Assembly: GCA_043750125.1 (NCBI GenBank)
Contig: JAYVCD010000114.1
Location: 1-17,832 of the forward strand
Source: Archangiaceae bacterium
Lineage (GTDB): Bacteria; Myxococcota; Myxococcia; Myxococcales; Myxococcaceae
Direction of reading: 5' to 3'
Length of the DNA stretch: 17,832 bases
Position numbers and translations under genes: made by a program
Notes under the pieces: model-generated
The model's input: only the letters and a program-made list of their open reading frames with translations
The model's database searches: none
What the model was told of the DNA's origin: nothing
In this document: positions 1 to 11,517 of the stretch, in pieces
How the letters are laid out: every line of letters starts with the position of its first letter
Numbering within the stretch: position 1 is the stretch's first letter

Positions 1-1928
<1,928 letters not shown>

Positions 1929-1932
<4 letters not shown>

Positions 1933-2483
1933 AACGGCTCGGACTCTTGCTGTCTTGGCTGCTGGCCCTCGGGTGTGGGGCCCGCCCGAGCGGACCTGCC
2001 CCGGGCCAGACCTACTTCTGGCAGGTGCTGAACTCTGAGGTCGGCTTCGGAACCTGCTCGGACGACGCGCTGTTTCGAGCCCAGCTGATGCCGCTGAAAT
2101 TCGAGCCCAACACCTTCGTGACCTACAAGGTCGAGCCCGACGGCAAGACTGCGGTCAGTCAGACGTGCGCCCGGGTCGACCCGTCCACCTGCAAGCCGAG
2201 CGAGACGAAGATCGTCTTCACCGTGGCAAACCCAGAGTTGATTTTTTCGAGCCAGAGCAAGACGGCGTTCGGAACCGGCGGCTGTCAGTTGTTGGACACC
2301 ACCACCTGGACCCTCACCGACAAGAACCCGATCGGGACGCTCGAGATTGCCCACGTGTTTTCGCTGGTCGACAATCCCACCGAGTGTGCGCGGGCCGAGG
2401 CGCAATTCAAGCAACAGTCGCCGAACATGCTGGGCCTCGAAGGGTGCGTGGTGACATTCAAAGTCGGGCTGTCCCTCGAGTAG
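1929..2483 (+). CDS. Hypothetical Cys-rich lipoprotein (184 aa)
   Basis: ATGA overlap with the ABC-F stop. Signal peptide MKRLGLLLSWLLALGC has a lipobox-like LALGC. Six further Cys; GC3-rich codon usage. Confidence 0.8.
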
Positions 2484-2499
2484 GAACAAGCACCCCACT

Positions 2500-3657
2500 T
2501 CACGCGGGCAGCAGGACGACCTTGATGATCTCGCGCGGGCTGCCCAACCGAATCGGAGGGCCGACGAAGCCGCAGCCCCGACTGACGAACAGCTGAGAGT
2601 TTCCTTCGCGCGACAACCCCACCGCGCGCGGGCCCCAGATCAAAGCCGCGATTCCCGTTGCGGGAAACGTCTGGCCCCCGTGGGTGTGACCGGACAACTG
2701 CAGCCCGATGCCCAGCCTCACCCCATCGTCAAACCCTCCCGGCTGATGCGACATCAGCACCGAGGCCCGGGTGGGGTCTCGTCCCCGCGCAGCCACGTCG
2801 GGGTCGTACCCTGCGGGGTTCTGACGGGAAGCGTAGTCCTCGACCCCGAGCAGATCGAACGAGCCGCCCGCATCACCGATGACGACCTTCTCGTTCTTCA
2901 GCACCTTGATCCCCAGGCCGGTCAGGTGCCGCGCCCAGGTATCCCAGCCCGAGTAGTAGTCGTGGTTACCCGAGCAAAAGTAGGTGCCCATGCGCGACTG
3001 CAGCCCCGTCAGCCGGCCGACGAAACCGCCCACTTCAGCGGGGGAGCCGTCGACCAGGTCTCCGGTAATCGCCACCAGGTCGGGCTTGAAGCCGTTGGTC
3101 CGCAAGACCAGGTCATCGACGTACTTCTGCTGAAGAATGGATCCGATGTGCAGATCGGACAGCTGCGCGATGGTGAAGCCTTCGAGGGTCTTCGGAAGGC
3201 CGGCCAGCCGCACCGTCACTTCGTGAATCCGGGCCGGCTCGTACGCGCGGTAGACGCCCCAGCCTGCCAGCGCGCCCCCGGACACGAGCGAGCTGCCGGC
3301 CACCGCGCGCGCGAGAAATGCTCTGCGTTCCGGGTTGACCGGCCCGGGATCTTTCCGACGCATTCCGATCGCCCACCGAACCAGGTCCACCACCACCACC
3401 GAGAGCAGCGTGTAGAGCACCAGCGCGATGCACAGCCCGAGGCAGATGGCGATCCAGTGGCTCATTCCCGCGCCGCGAAACACGGTGCGTCCCAGCATCG
3501 CGCCGCCGGCGAGAGTGAAGAGCAGTGCGGCTCCGGCGAAGCGCAAACCCCGATGGGCGGTCAGATCGCGGACCAGCCGTCGGTAGAGGTACGCGACGGC
3601 GAAACCCCAGATCAGCAGGAACAGGGTGAAGAATAGAATCCGGACAGGAAGAGCCAT
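2500..3657 (-). CDS. Membrane-anchored metallophosphoesterase (calcineurin-like, YkuE/YaeI-type)
   Basis: Motifs SDLH, TGDLVD, SGNHDYY, MSHQP and SGHTHGGQ. Three N-terminal TM helices, then ERRAFL and a fourth hydrophobic segment. Confidence 0.92.
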   Translation of the reverse strand: MALPVRILFFTLFLLIWGFAVAYLYRRLVRDLTAHRGLRFAGAALLFTLAGGAMLGRTVFRGAGMSHWIAICLGLCIALVLYTLLSVVVVDLVRWAIGMRRKDPGPVNPERRAFLARAVAGSSLVSGGALAGWGVYRAYEPARIHEVTVRLAGLPKTLEGFTIAQLSDLHIGSILQQKYVDDLVLRTNGFKPDLVAITGDLVDGSPAEVGGFVGRLTGLQSRMGTYFCSGNHDYYSGWDTWARHLTGLGIKVLKNEKVVIGDAGGSFDLLGVEDYASRQNPAGYDPDVAARGRDPTRASVLMSHQPGGFDDGVRLGIGLQLSGHTHGGQTFPATGIAALIWGPRAVGLSREGNSQLFVSRGCGFVGPPIRLGSPREIIKVVLLPA

Positions 3658-3659
3658 CA

Positions 3660-3722
3660 GGGGAACGGGTCTCTAACCAGTCATGAGGTCGACCACAACC
3701 CGAAGTCCCGGGGGAACGGGTC
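3660..3722. repeat. 12-bp direct repeat GGGGAACGGGTC (3660-3671 and 3711-3722) bracketing the intergenic region
   Basis: Two identical 12-mers read directly, separated by 39 bp. Confidence 0.75.
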
Positions 3723-4095
3723 ACCCGCGCTTGCGAAAGTCGTCTTCGAGCGTGGGGTCGCCGAGCAGATCTTCGACCGGGCGATCTCCGACGATGTGTT
3801 GCTCGACCACCCGGCTCATCTTCTCGGCGGTCATCTTCCAGTAATACGTCTCGCCCGGTTGATAGTTGAGCTGGAAGTCGTCGCTCGCGAAGGGGTCGAC
3901 CGGCTTGCCCAGGTCTTCGCGAATCACCACGTTCGGGCCCAGGTGGCACAGCCCGTAACAGCCGCCCCGGAACACTTCGCATCGGGGCAGCGCTCCTGCC
4001 GCCTTCACCGCCGCCCGGGCGTGAGCGAAGACCGCGTCGGACCCGTTGTCCTTGCAGTCGGCGCCTTTGCAGACAGAGAGGCGATATTTCTTCAC
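3721..4095 (-). CDS. Thioredoxin-like [2Fe-2S] ferredoxin domain protein
   Basis: VCKGADC ... GGCYGLCHLGPNVV (C-x4-C ... C-x3-C) and C-terminal VVEQHIVGDRPV are typical of TRX-like 2Fe-2S ferredoxins. GTG start. Confidence 0.88.
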   Translation of the reverse strand: MKKYRLSVCKGADCKDNGSDAVFAHARAAVKAAGALPRCEVFRGGCYGLCHLGPNVVIREDLGKPVDPFASDDFQLNYQPGETYYWKMTAEKMSRVVEQHIVGDRPVEDLLGDPTLEDDFRKRG

Positions 4096-4121
4096 GTTAA
4101 AGAAAGCTTAGGCCCCCGGGT

Positions 4122-5723
4122 CTAAGCCGTCACTTTCTGGGGTCGCCCGCGGGCGGCGAGGTATGCGGGGACCGCGACGCCCAGGACGAGCCCAAACGCG
4201 ATCGCTCCGATCAGGTCCACGGCCTGGTTGAAGCTCGAAGGCGCGATCGCGACCTGCAGCGTCGCAGAGAAGTCGAAGCCCTTGCCGTCCTTGAAGTGCC
4301 GAAGCGCGGTCAGCGCCGCCGAGGCGCACAGACCCAGCCCGACACTGACCAGCAGGGTCAGCGCCGCCCAGAAAGCCAGCACGGCTCGACTCCACGGCAG
4401 ACCGCGCGGCAGCAGCACCGACTCTTCGCCTGAGAGATCGACCAGCTCTTTTTTTCCCCACGGAGCAAAACGCTGGAGCATCAGCAGCCCCGGAATGACG
4501 CACGGCACGGTGAAGATGAAGAAGTCTCTCCACCCGAGGGCGACGGCGAGCGCACCCGCGGGCGGTCCCGAAAAACTGCGAGCGAGCGCGAACAGGCTCG
4601 AGAACAGCGCGAACTGGGTCGCCGAAAAGCGTTTGCTGGTCAGACGAATCAGCAGCACCCCAAAAGCCCCCGCACACATTCCGGTGACGGACGCCTCGAC
4701 CGCGATCGCGCTCAACATCAGGACGAAGTTTTTCGGTACCGCGGCCAGCAGCGCGTAGCTGAGGTTCGAGATGCCCTGGAGAATTCCGAACAGCCACAGC
4801 GCCCGGGCGACGCCAATGCGCTGGGTCACCAGCCCGCCCAGGAAAGTGCCTCCCACCGTGGCGAACAACCCGACCGTGCCGCTCGCGACACCTACGTCCA
4901 TCAGGCTGTAGCCATGCTCGACGAGGAACGGCCGAATCAGCGCCTGCGCGAGATTGTCCGAGAGGTTGTACAGCAGCACGAAGCCCAACAACTCGAGCGC
5001 CCGCGGCCGGGCGAGGAACCCGACGAACGGATCCCACACCGCCGCCACCAGGCTCTTCGGCGGCGAGGTCGGGACGTGGGGCTCGGGGGCGAAGATCGTC
5101 ACCGGAATGTTCAAGGCGGCGATGAGGGCCAACAGCCCGAGCGTGAACGGCCAGCCGGTGACGATCACGTGCCCGGGCATCACCGCCAGGGGCACCACCG
5201 CCATCGAGATCGCCATCGTCCCCGCGATCCACATTGCCACCCGATAGAAAGCAGTGCGCGCGCCTACCGCCGGCCCGTGCTCGCTGGGCTCGAGGACCTC
5301 GACCGCGTAGCTGTCGATCGCGATGTCCTGAGACGCCGAGACGAACGCGATCGCGATCGCGATCGCGGCAATCACCCCCACATCCGGGCTCTTCGCCTGC
5401 GTGGCAAGCACCGCGATCAACCCCGCGAGCCCGACCTGCATCAGCACGATCCACCCCCGCCGTCGGCCCAGCAGCGGAGGCACGTAGCGATCCATCAGCG
5501 GGGCCCAGAGGAACTTGAAGGTCCACGGCGCCTGCGCCAGCGTCACCAGCGCAATGGTCTTGATGTCGAAGCCTTCGACCTTGAGCCAGGTCGGAATCGC
5601 GATCCACACCAGGCCCAGCGGAAGCCCTGAGCTGAACGAGAGCAGCGAGAGCGCTCCGACTCGCCAACTGGTGAAGGCGAAGAGCAGGCCTTGGGGCTTC
5701 GGCTCAGAAGGTTTGGCAGTCAC
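4122..5723 (-). CDS. ampG: AmpG family muropeptide MFS transporter
   Basis: FSSGLPL, PWTFKFLWAPLMDRY, LGRRRGW, SASQDIAIDSY and FSATQFALFSSL motifs; about 14 hydrophobic segments. Confidence 0.92.
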   Translation of the reverse strand: MTAKPSEPKPQGLLFAFTSWRVGALSLLSFSSGLPLGLVWIAIPTWLKVEGFDIKTIALVTLAQAPWTFKFLWAPLMDRYVPPLLGRRRGWIVLMQVGLAGLIAVLATQAKSPDVGVIAAIAIAIAFVSASQDIAIDSYAVEVLEPSEHGPAVGARTAFYRVAMWIAGTMAISMAVVPLAVMPGHVIVTGWPFTLGLLALIAALNIPVTIFAPEPHVPTSPPKSLVAAVWDPFVGFLARPRALELLGFVLLYNLSDNLAQALIRPFLVEHGYSLMDVGVASGTVGLFATVGGTFLGGLVTQRIGVARALWLFGILQGISNLSYALLAAVPKNFVLMLSAIAVEASVTGMCAGAFGVLLIRLTSKRFSATQFALFSSLFALARSFSGPPAGALAVALGWRDFFIFTVPCVIPGLLMLQRFAPWGKKELVDLSGEESVLLPRGLPWSRAVLAFWAALTLLVSVGLGLCASAALTALRHFKDGKGFDFSATLQVAIAPSSFNQAVDLIGAIAFGLVLGVAVPAYLAARGRPQKVTA

Positions 5724-5728
5724 GATTT

Positions 5729-5757
5729 CCCGTTCATTCCTGGGTGGGATGAACGGG
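5729..5757 (-). promoter_or_regulatory. Stem-loop between nuoI and ampG (no U-tract)
   Basis: CCCGTTCAT (5729-5737) and ATGAACGGG (5749-5757) form a perfect 9-bp inverted repeat filling most of the 40-bp gap. Confidence 0.55.
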
Positions 5758-5763
5758 CCAGAC

Positions 5764-6515
5764 TCACTTGAGGAACCTGGTGACAGCCACCGGGTGGCTC
5801 TTGTCGACTTCGATGCGGGGGCCGGTTCCGAGCTTCAGCGCGACCAGGCCTTCGCCGATTCGGGTGTGGGCTTCTTTGTGAATGTGATCCGGCTCTTCGG
5901 ACGAGCCGCGCTTGAACCAGGGATCAGAAGGGTGGGTGACCGGCGGTCCCTTGAGCAGCTTCGGAATGTCGTACACGAAGCCCTGCCGGTTGTACTCGCT
6001 GGGAGTGTGCGTGTAGGTGTCCATTCGGATCGCGTCCTTCGGACAGGCATCGACGCACAGCCCGCAGACGATGCACCGCAGCTCGTCGATCACGAAGGTG
6101 GTCGGGAACTTTTCGATCACCCGCGATTCCACCGCGGCATCATTCTCGGGGTACTCGCCGGCCTCGATGTAGATGCACTGCGCGGGGCAGATGGTCGCGC
6201 ACATGTAACAGGCCACGCAGCGGGGCTTGCCGTCTTCGCGCGGAACCAGCCGGTGCAGCCCCCGGTACCCTTCGGGGTAGGGGACCTTCTCTTCCGGGTA
6301 CTGCACGGTCGAGACGAGGCTGGTTCCGGTGCGGTTGACGACCTGCGGGTTCGGGTCGCGCTCGCCGAACAGGTTCCGCATGAAGTGGGTGATGGTGATT
6401 CCCAGGCCCTTGATCAGATCGGGCAGGAACATCCGTTCGCGAAGGTCGGCGTCTTCCGCGGTGTGCGAGTGCTCGGTCGTCTGCGGAGCCGAGTCGTGGC
6501 TGTGGTTGTCGCTCA

Positions 6516-6516
<1 letters not shown>
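5764..6516 (-). CDS. nuoI: NADH-quinone oxidoreductase subunit I (250 aa, with His-rich extensions)
   Basis: QYPEEK...YRGLHRL; two 4Fe-4S motifs [12 protein letters not shown] and [15 protein letters not shown] at 6516 overlaps the nuoH TGA and is preceded by GGAGG. Confidence 0.95.
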
Positions 6517-7904
<1,388 letters not shown>

Positions 7905-7906
7905 CT

Positions 7907-9655
7907 TCAAATCCCCCGGATCCGCGGCACGCCCTGTTCCCGCCACCCGGGCGGTCGACCGTCGGCTCCCGCAGGCAACGTCGAAATCCCCTGGCCCTTG
8001 AGGTTCATCGGAGTCTGCTTGTCCCAGGCAAAGTCCTTCAGCTCGGTCACCTGGGGTGCCAACGCGAGGAACACTTCCCGGGAGCTTGCCTGCGGCATCG
8101 CGGTGCCCAACTCGCGGCTCAGCTCGACCGCCCACTTCCAGGTCGGCCACGCTTCACCGCGGGGGGGAAACGCCCGTCGTACCCGCTGGGTGATGCCCGC
8201 TTCCTGGGTGAAGGTGCCTTCGTCTTCGACGTGGCTGGCGGCGGGAAGCTGAACGTGTGCGGCCGCAGACACCGCGGACTCATGCATTGCCGCAATGACC
8301 AACAGCTCGAGGCCCGTCAGTCGCTTGGCGAACACTTCGCCGTCTTCAGGGACGTCGGCGCCGACCAGGTACAACGCTTTGAAGGCGTTCTTGTCGAGCG
8401 CGGCGGTGAAGTCGGCGAACGACTTCAACTCGAAGCCAAAGCCCTTCGCGATCCATTCCAACCCTTTTCGGTTGGGGTTCTTGTCCGCGGTCATCAACAG
8501 GTGGTCGGCCTGCCCGGGGGCCCGACCGGTCACGTAGACCGTCTTCGTCTGCAACACGTCGCGGGCGAACGCGAAGCTCGCCAGCAGGTCTTCGTTGCTC
8601 ACCGTCGGAGCGACCGCGAAGGCCACCGAGCCCACCATCGGCTTGAGCTTCATCGCCGCGTACTTCACCGCTTCGGCGTTGGTCGCCTCGCGCGCGTCGG
8701 CGCCCTTCCCAATCACCGGCATCAGCAGGCGCGAGTTGTGAAACGCCTTGTAGGTCAGCCGACCCTGATCGCACATCCAGCTCTTGTTGATGGCTTCGTT
8801 TTCTCGCGGGCGGTAGCGGTAGACGTCCTGCCCCATGAAGTCGGCGCTGACCGAGCAGCCCCGCGAGCAGCCGGTGCAGACGGTGGGAACGGCAGACAGA
8901 AACCAGACCCGCGCGCGAAACCGGAAGTCGCGGTTGAGCAGCGCGCCCACCGGACAAATGTCGACCACGTTTCCCGAGTAGTTGCTGTCGAGCGCGCCGT
9001 ATTTCGGGTGCACGTCGATGACTTCGTGGGACCCGCGATTGAACACGCCCAGCTGCGGCTCTTTGGCCACTTCGTCCATGAAGCGGACGCAGCGGGTGCA
9101 GAGAATGCAGCGTTCCTGATCGAGCACCACGTGGGGGCCGATGATCTTCCGCTTGTTGCGCAGGACCTTCAGGCCGCTCGTTCCTTCACCGGCCATCCGC
9201 TCGAGGCGCGAGGGCTTGTGATCGTGCCGCATGTAGTAGTCCTGCAGCTTGCACTCGCCGGCCTGGTCGCAGATCGCGCAGTCCACCGGGTGGTTGAGCA
9301 GCAGAAATTCCATCACCGATCGCTGCGACTCTTTGACCTTCGCAGTCACGGTCTTGATCGCCACCCCTTCGCTGATTCCGGTCTGACAGGCGGGCACCAG
9401 CTTCGGCGAGTTGCTCGCCTCGACCAGGCACATCCGGCAGTTCGCGGCGATCGAGAGCCGCGGGTGGTAGCAGTAGAAGGGAATTTCGACGCCGACGCTC
9501 TTCGCCGCATCGACCATGTTGGTCCCGGGGCGGGCGATCACCTCGCGCCCATCGACCGTGAACGTCACCATTCCCGCGTTCTTGGGCGGGGCCTTCGGCG
9601 GGGGGCCAGCCGGAGGGGCAGGCTTGGGCGCTTCGACCTTCTTCTCGTCACTCAC
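7907..9655 (-). CDS. nuoG: NADH-quinone oxidoreductase subunit G (short form, 582 aa)
   Basis: CYHPRLSIAANCRMC (N1b), HPVDCAICDQAGEC (N5), CILCTRC...CPVGAL (N4) and CTGCSRGC-x27-C (N7). GTGA overlap with nuoD. Confidence 0.93.
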   Translation of the reverse strand: MSDEKKVEAPKPAPPAGPPPKAPPKNAGMVTFTVDGREVIARPGTNMVDAAKSVGVEIPFYCYHPRLSIAANCRMCLVEASNSPKLVPACQTGISEGVAIKTVTAKVKESQRSVMEFLLLNHPVDCAICDQAGECKLQDYYMRHDHKPSRLERMAGEGTSGLKVLRNKRKIIGPHVVLDQERCILCTRCVRFMDEVAKEPQLGVFNRGSHEVIDVHPKYGALDSNYSGNVVDICPVGALLNRDFRFRARVWFLSAVPTVCTGCSRGCSVSADFMGQDVYRYRPRENEAINKSWMCDQGRLTYKAFHNSRLLMPVIGKGADAREATNAEAVKYAAMKLKPMVGSVAFAVAPTVSNEDLLASFAFARDVLQTKTVYVTGRAPGQADHLLMTADKNPNRKGLEWIAKGFGFELKSFADFTAALDKNAFKALYLVGADVPEDGEVFAKRLTGLELLVIAAMHESAVSAAAHVQLPAASHVEDEGTFTQEAGITQRVRRAFPPRGEAWPTWKWAVELSRELGTAMPQASSREVFLALAPQVTELKDFAWDKQTPMNLKGQGISTLPAGADGRPPGWREQGVPRIRGI

Positions 9656-10875
9656 TGCTCTACCTCTCCACCGATCATGTTGATCGTGTCGAACGTCGGA
9701 ATGAGGTCGGCAAGCATTCGGCCTTCAATCATCTTTCCGACTCCAGACAGAATGTGAAAACCCGGAGCGCGAACGTGGACCTTGTACGGCCGCCCACTTC
9801 CATCGCTGCGCAAGTACCAGCCCAGCTCACCATTGGCCGCTTCGGTCGCGTCGTAGACCTCGCCCGCCGGCACCTGAACGCCTTCCATGATCAGCTTGAA
9901 GTGCGCCATCACCCCTTCGATGGTGCTGTAGACCTCTTGCTTCGGAGGCAGCACGATTCGCCAGTCGTCGATGATCACCGGCCCGGCGGGAATCTGATCG
10001 AGCGCCTGGCGAATGATGCTCACCGACTGCTTCATCTCTTCGACCCGACACAGGTAGCGATCGAGGTTGTCGCCGTTCTTCCCCAGCGGCACTTCGAACT
10101 TCATCCGGTCGTAGACCCAGTACGGCTTGGCCTTGCGAATGTCGTAGTCGACTCCGCAGGCGCGCAGACAGGGGCCAGTGAAGCCGTAGTCCAGCGCATC
10201 GGCGGTGGCGATCACTCCCGTTCCGCGGCAGCGATCGGTGAAGATCCGGTTGCGCGTCAACAACCCTCCGACCTCGTCGATCAGCTCGACGGTGCGGTCG
10301 AGGGTCTTGCGCGTCTTCTCGACCCACCCCGGAGGCAGATCGCGGTTGCAGCCGCCGATGCGCCCGAAGTTGGTGGTCAGTCGGGCCCCGGTCAGCTCGG
10401 TCACCCGGTCGGTGATCAGCTCGCGCGCCTCGATTCCGTAGAGGAACGCGGCGAACGCACCCAGCTCGAGCCCCAGCGCTCCGGTGGCCGTGATGTGATC
10501 ATGAATCCGGTGCAGCTCGGCGCCGATCACCCGGATGTACTTGGCGCGTTCGGGGATCTCGATGCCCATCAGCTTCTCGACCGCATTGAGGAAGCCGAAG
10601 TTGTTCATCAACGCCGACACGTAGTTCAGCCGGTCGGTGTACGGCAGGCACTGGGTCCACGTGACCGACTCGCAGCTCTTCTGAAACCCGCGGTGCAGAA
10701 AGCCAATTTCGGTGTCGACCTTGGCGAGGATCTCACCGTCGAGCTCGACGCGCATCCGCACGGTGCCGTGCATCGCGGGGTGCGAGGGCCCGAGGTTGAT
10801 CACCATGTTCTTCGTCTGCAGGTGGGCTTCGAGCTCGTCGTTGTCGGGAGTCGGATCGTATTCGTCGTGCGGCAT
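9652..10875 (-). CDS. nuoD: NADH-quinone oxidoreductase subunit D
   Basis: NLGPSHPAMHGTVR, GFLHRGFQK, YTDRLNY and NGELGWY...PYKVHVRAP. ATG at 10875; an alternative TTG start at 10890 overlaps the nuoC stop. Confidence 0.96.
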   Translation of the reverse strand: MPHDEYDPTPDNDELEAHLQTKNMVINLGPSHPAMHGTVRMRVELDGEILAKVDTEIGFLHRGFQKSCESVTWTQCLPYTDRLNYVSALMNNFGFLNAVEKLMGIEIPERAKYIRVIGAELHRIHDHITATGALGLELGAFAAFLYGIEARELITDRVTELTGARLTTNFGRIGGCNRDLPPGWVEKTRKTLDRTVELIDEVGGLLTRNRIFTDRCRGTGVIATADALDYGFTGPCLRACGVDYDIRKAKPYWVYDRMKFEVPLGKNGDNLDRYLCRVEEMKQSVSIIRQALDQIPAGPVIIDDWRIVLPPKQEVYSTIEGVMAHFKLIMEGVQVPAGEVYDATEAANGELGWYLRSDGSGRPYKVHVRAPGFHILSGVGKMIEGRMLADLIPTFDTINMIGGEVEQ

Positions 10876-10886
10876 TTGGGTTCCGG

Positions 10887-11417
10887 TCAAGCGCTGGTGC
10901 CGTTGGTGCCTGGCCCGCGGAAGATGTCTTTGATCGGCCGCTCGGGAATCAACGGTTGACGATCGCGCAGCGCGTAGTCCTTGCGCAGCGGGTGGCCCTT
11001 GAACTCTTCGTACATGAGGATCCGGCGCATGTCGCCGTGCCCCGTGAAGTTGATCCCGTAGAAGTCCCAGGCCAGCCGCTCGGCCCAGTTGGCTCCCTGG
11101 TACACGAACCGAATCGTTGGGACGTTGCAGTCGTCCTCGGGGACCAACACCTTCAGGCGCAGGTGCTCGTTCCGCTCGATGTTGAAGAAGAAGTACACCA
11201 CCTCGAAGCGCGGGTCATTCTCCGGCAGCTGCAGCCGGTCGACACAGTCCATCGAGATGAAGAGCTTGAAGCCCAGCTTCTCTTTGACCAGTTGGGTGAG
11301 AGTGACAATGGCGTCGCGACGAACCACCGCCCACTCGGCGCCGGTGCGATCGTGGTACCGCTGTGACAGTGCTTCGGGAAGCTGCTGTTGAATCTGATCG
11401 AGCGCCCAGGTGCTCAA
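10887..11417 (-). CDS. nuoC: NADH-quinone oxidoreductase subunit C
   Basis: RFEVVY, ANWAERLAWDFYGINFTGH and RRILMYEEFKGHPLRKDY. TTG start preceded by GAGG. Confidence 0.95.
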   Translation of the reverse strand: MSTWALDQIQQQLPEALSQRYHDRTGAEWAVVRRDAIVTLTQLVKEKLGFKLFISMDCVDRLQLPENDPRFEVVYFFFNIERNEHLRLKVLVPEDDCNVPTIRFVYQGANWAERLAWDFYGINFTGHGDMRRILMYEEFKGHPLRKDYALRDRQPLIPERPIKDIFRGPGTNGTSA

Positions 11418-11454
11418 GCTTTTGCCTCGAAGAAAGGTGCGAAAGCGCGCGGGC

Positions 11455-11482
11455 GTTATAGCGGGACCCTTCTGGGCGTCAA
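11455..11482 (-). promoter_or_regulatory. Sigma70-type promoter for the nuoC operon
   Basis: Minus strand TTGACG (11482-11477), 16-bp spacer, TATAAC (11460-11455), about 38 bp upstream of the nuoC start. Near-consensus hexamers are rare in such GC-rich DNA. Confidence 0.7.
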
Positions 11483-11517
11483 CGACGATTGTCCCAGAGA
11501 CTAAGAGGGCTTACGAG

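Noticed and set aside
4122..4450. AmpG C-terminal extra TM helices
   Set aside because: AmpG proteins commonly have two helices beyond the 12-TM MFS core, so this is not unusual.
5347..5368. (GCGATC)n palindromic run resembling cyanobacterial HIP1
   Set aside because: It encodes Ala-Ile-Ala-Ile-Ala in an AmpG TM helix and is explained by preferred codons GCG/ATC.
7905..8150. ORF-track N-terminal extension of NuoH (start 8150)
   Set aside because: It overlaps the nuoG 3' end with non-protein-like sequence. ATG 7904 directly follows the nuoG stop.
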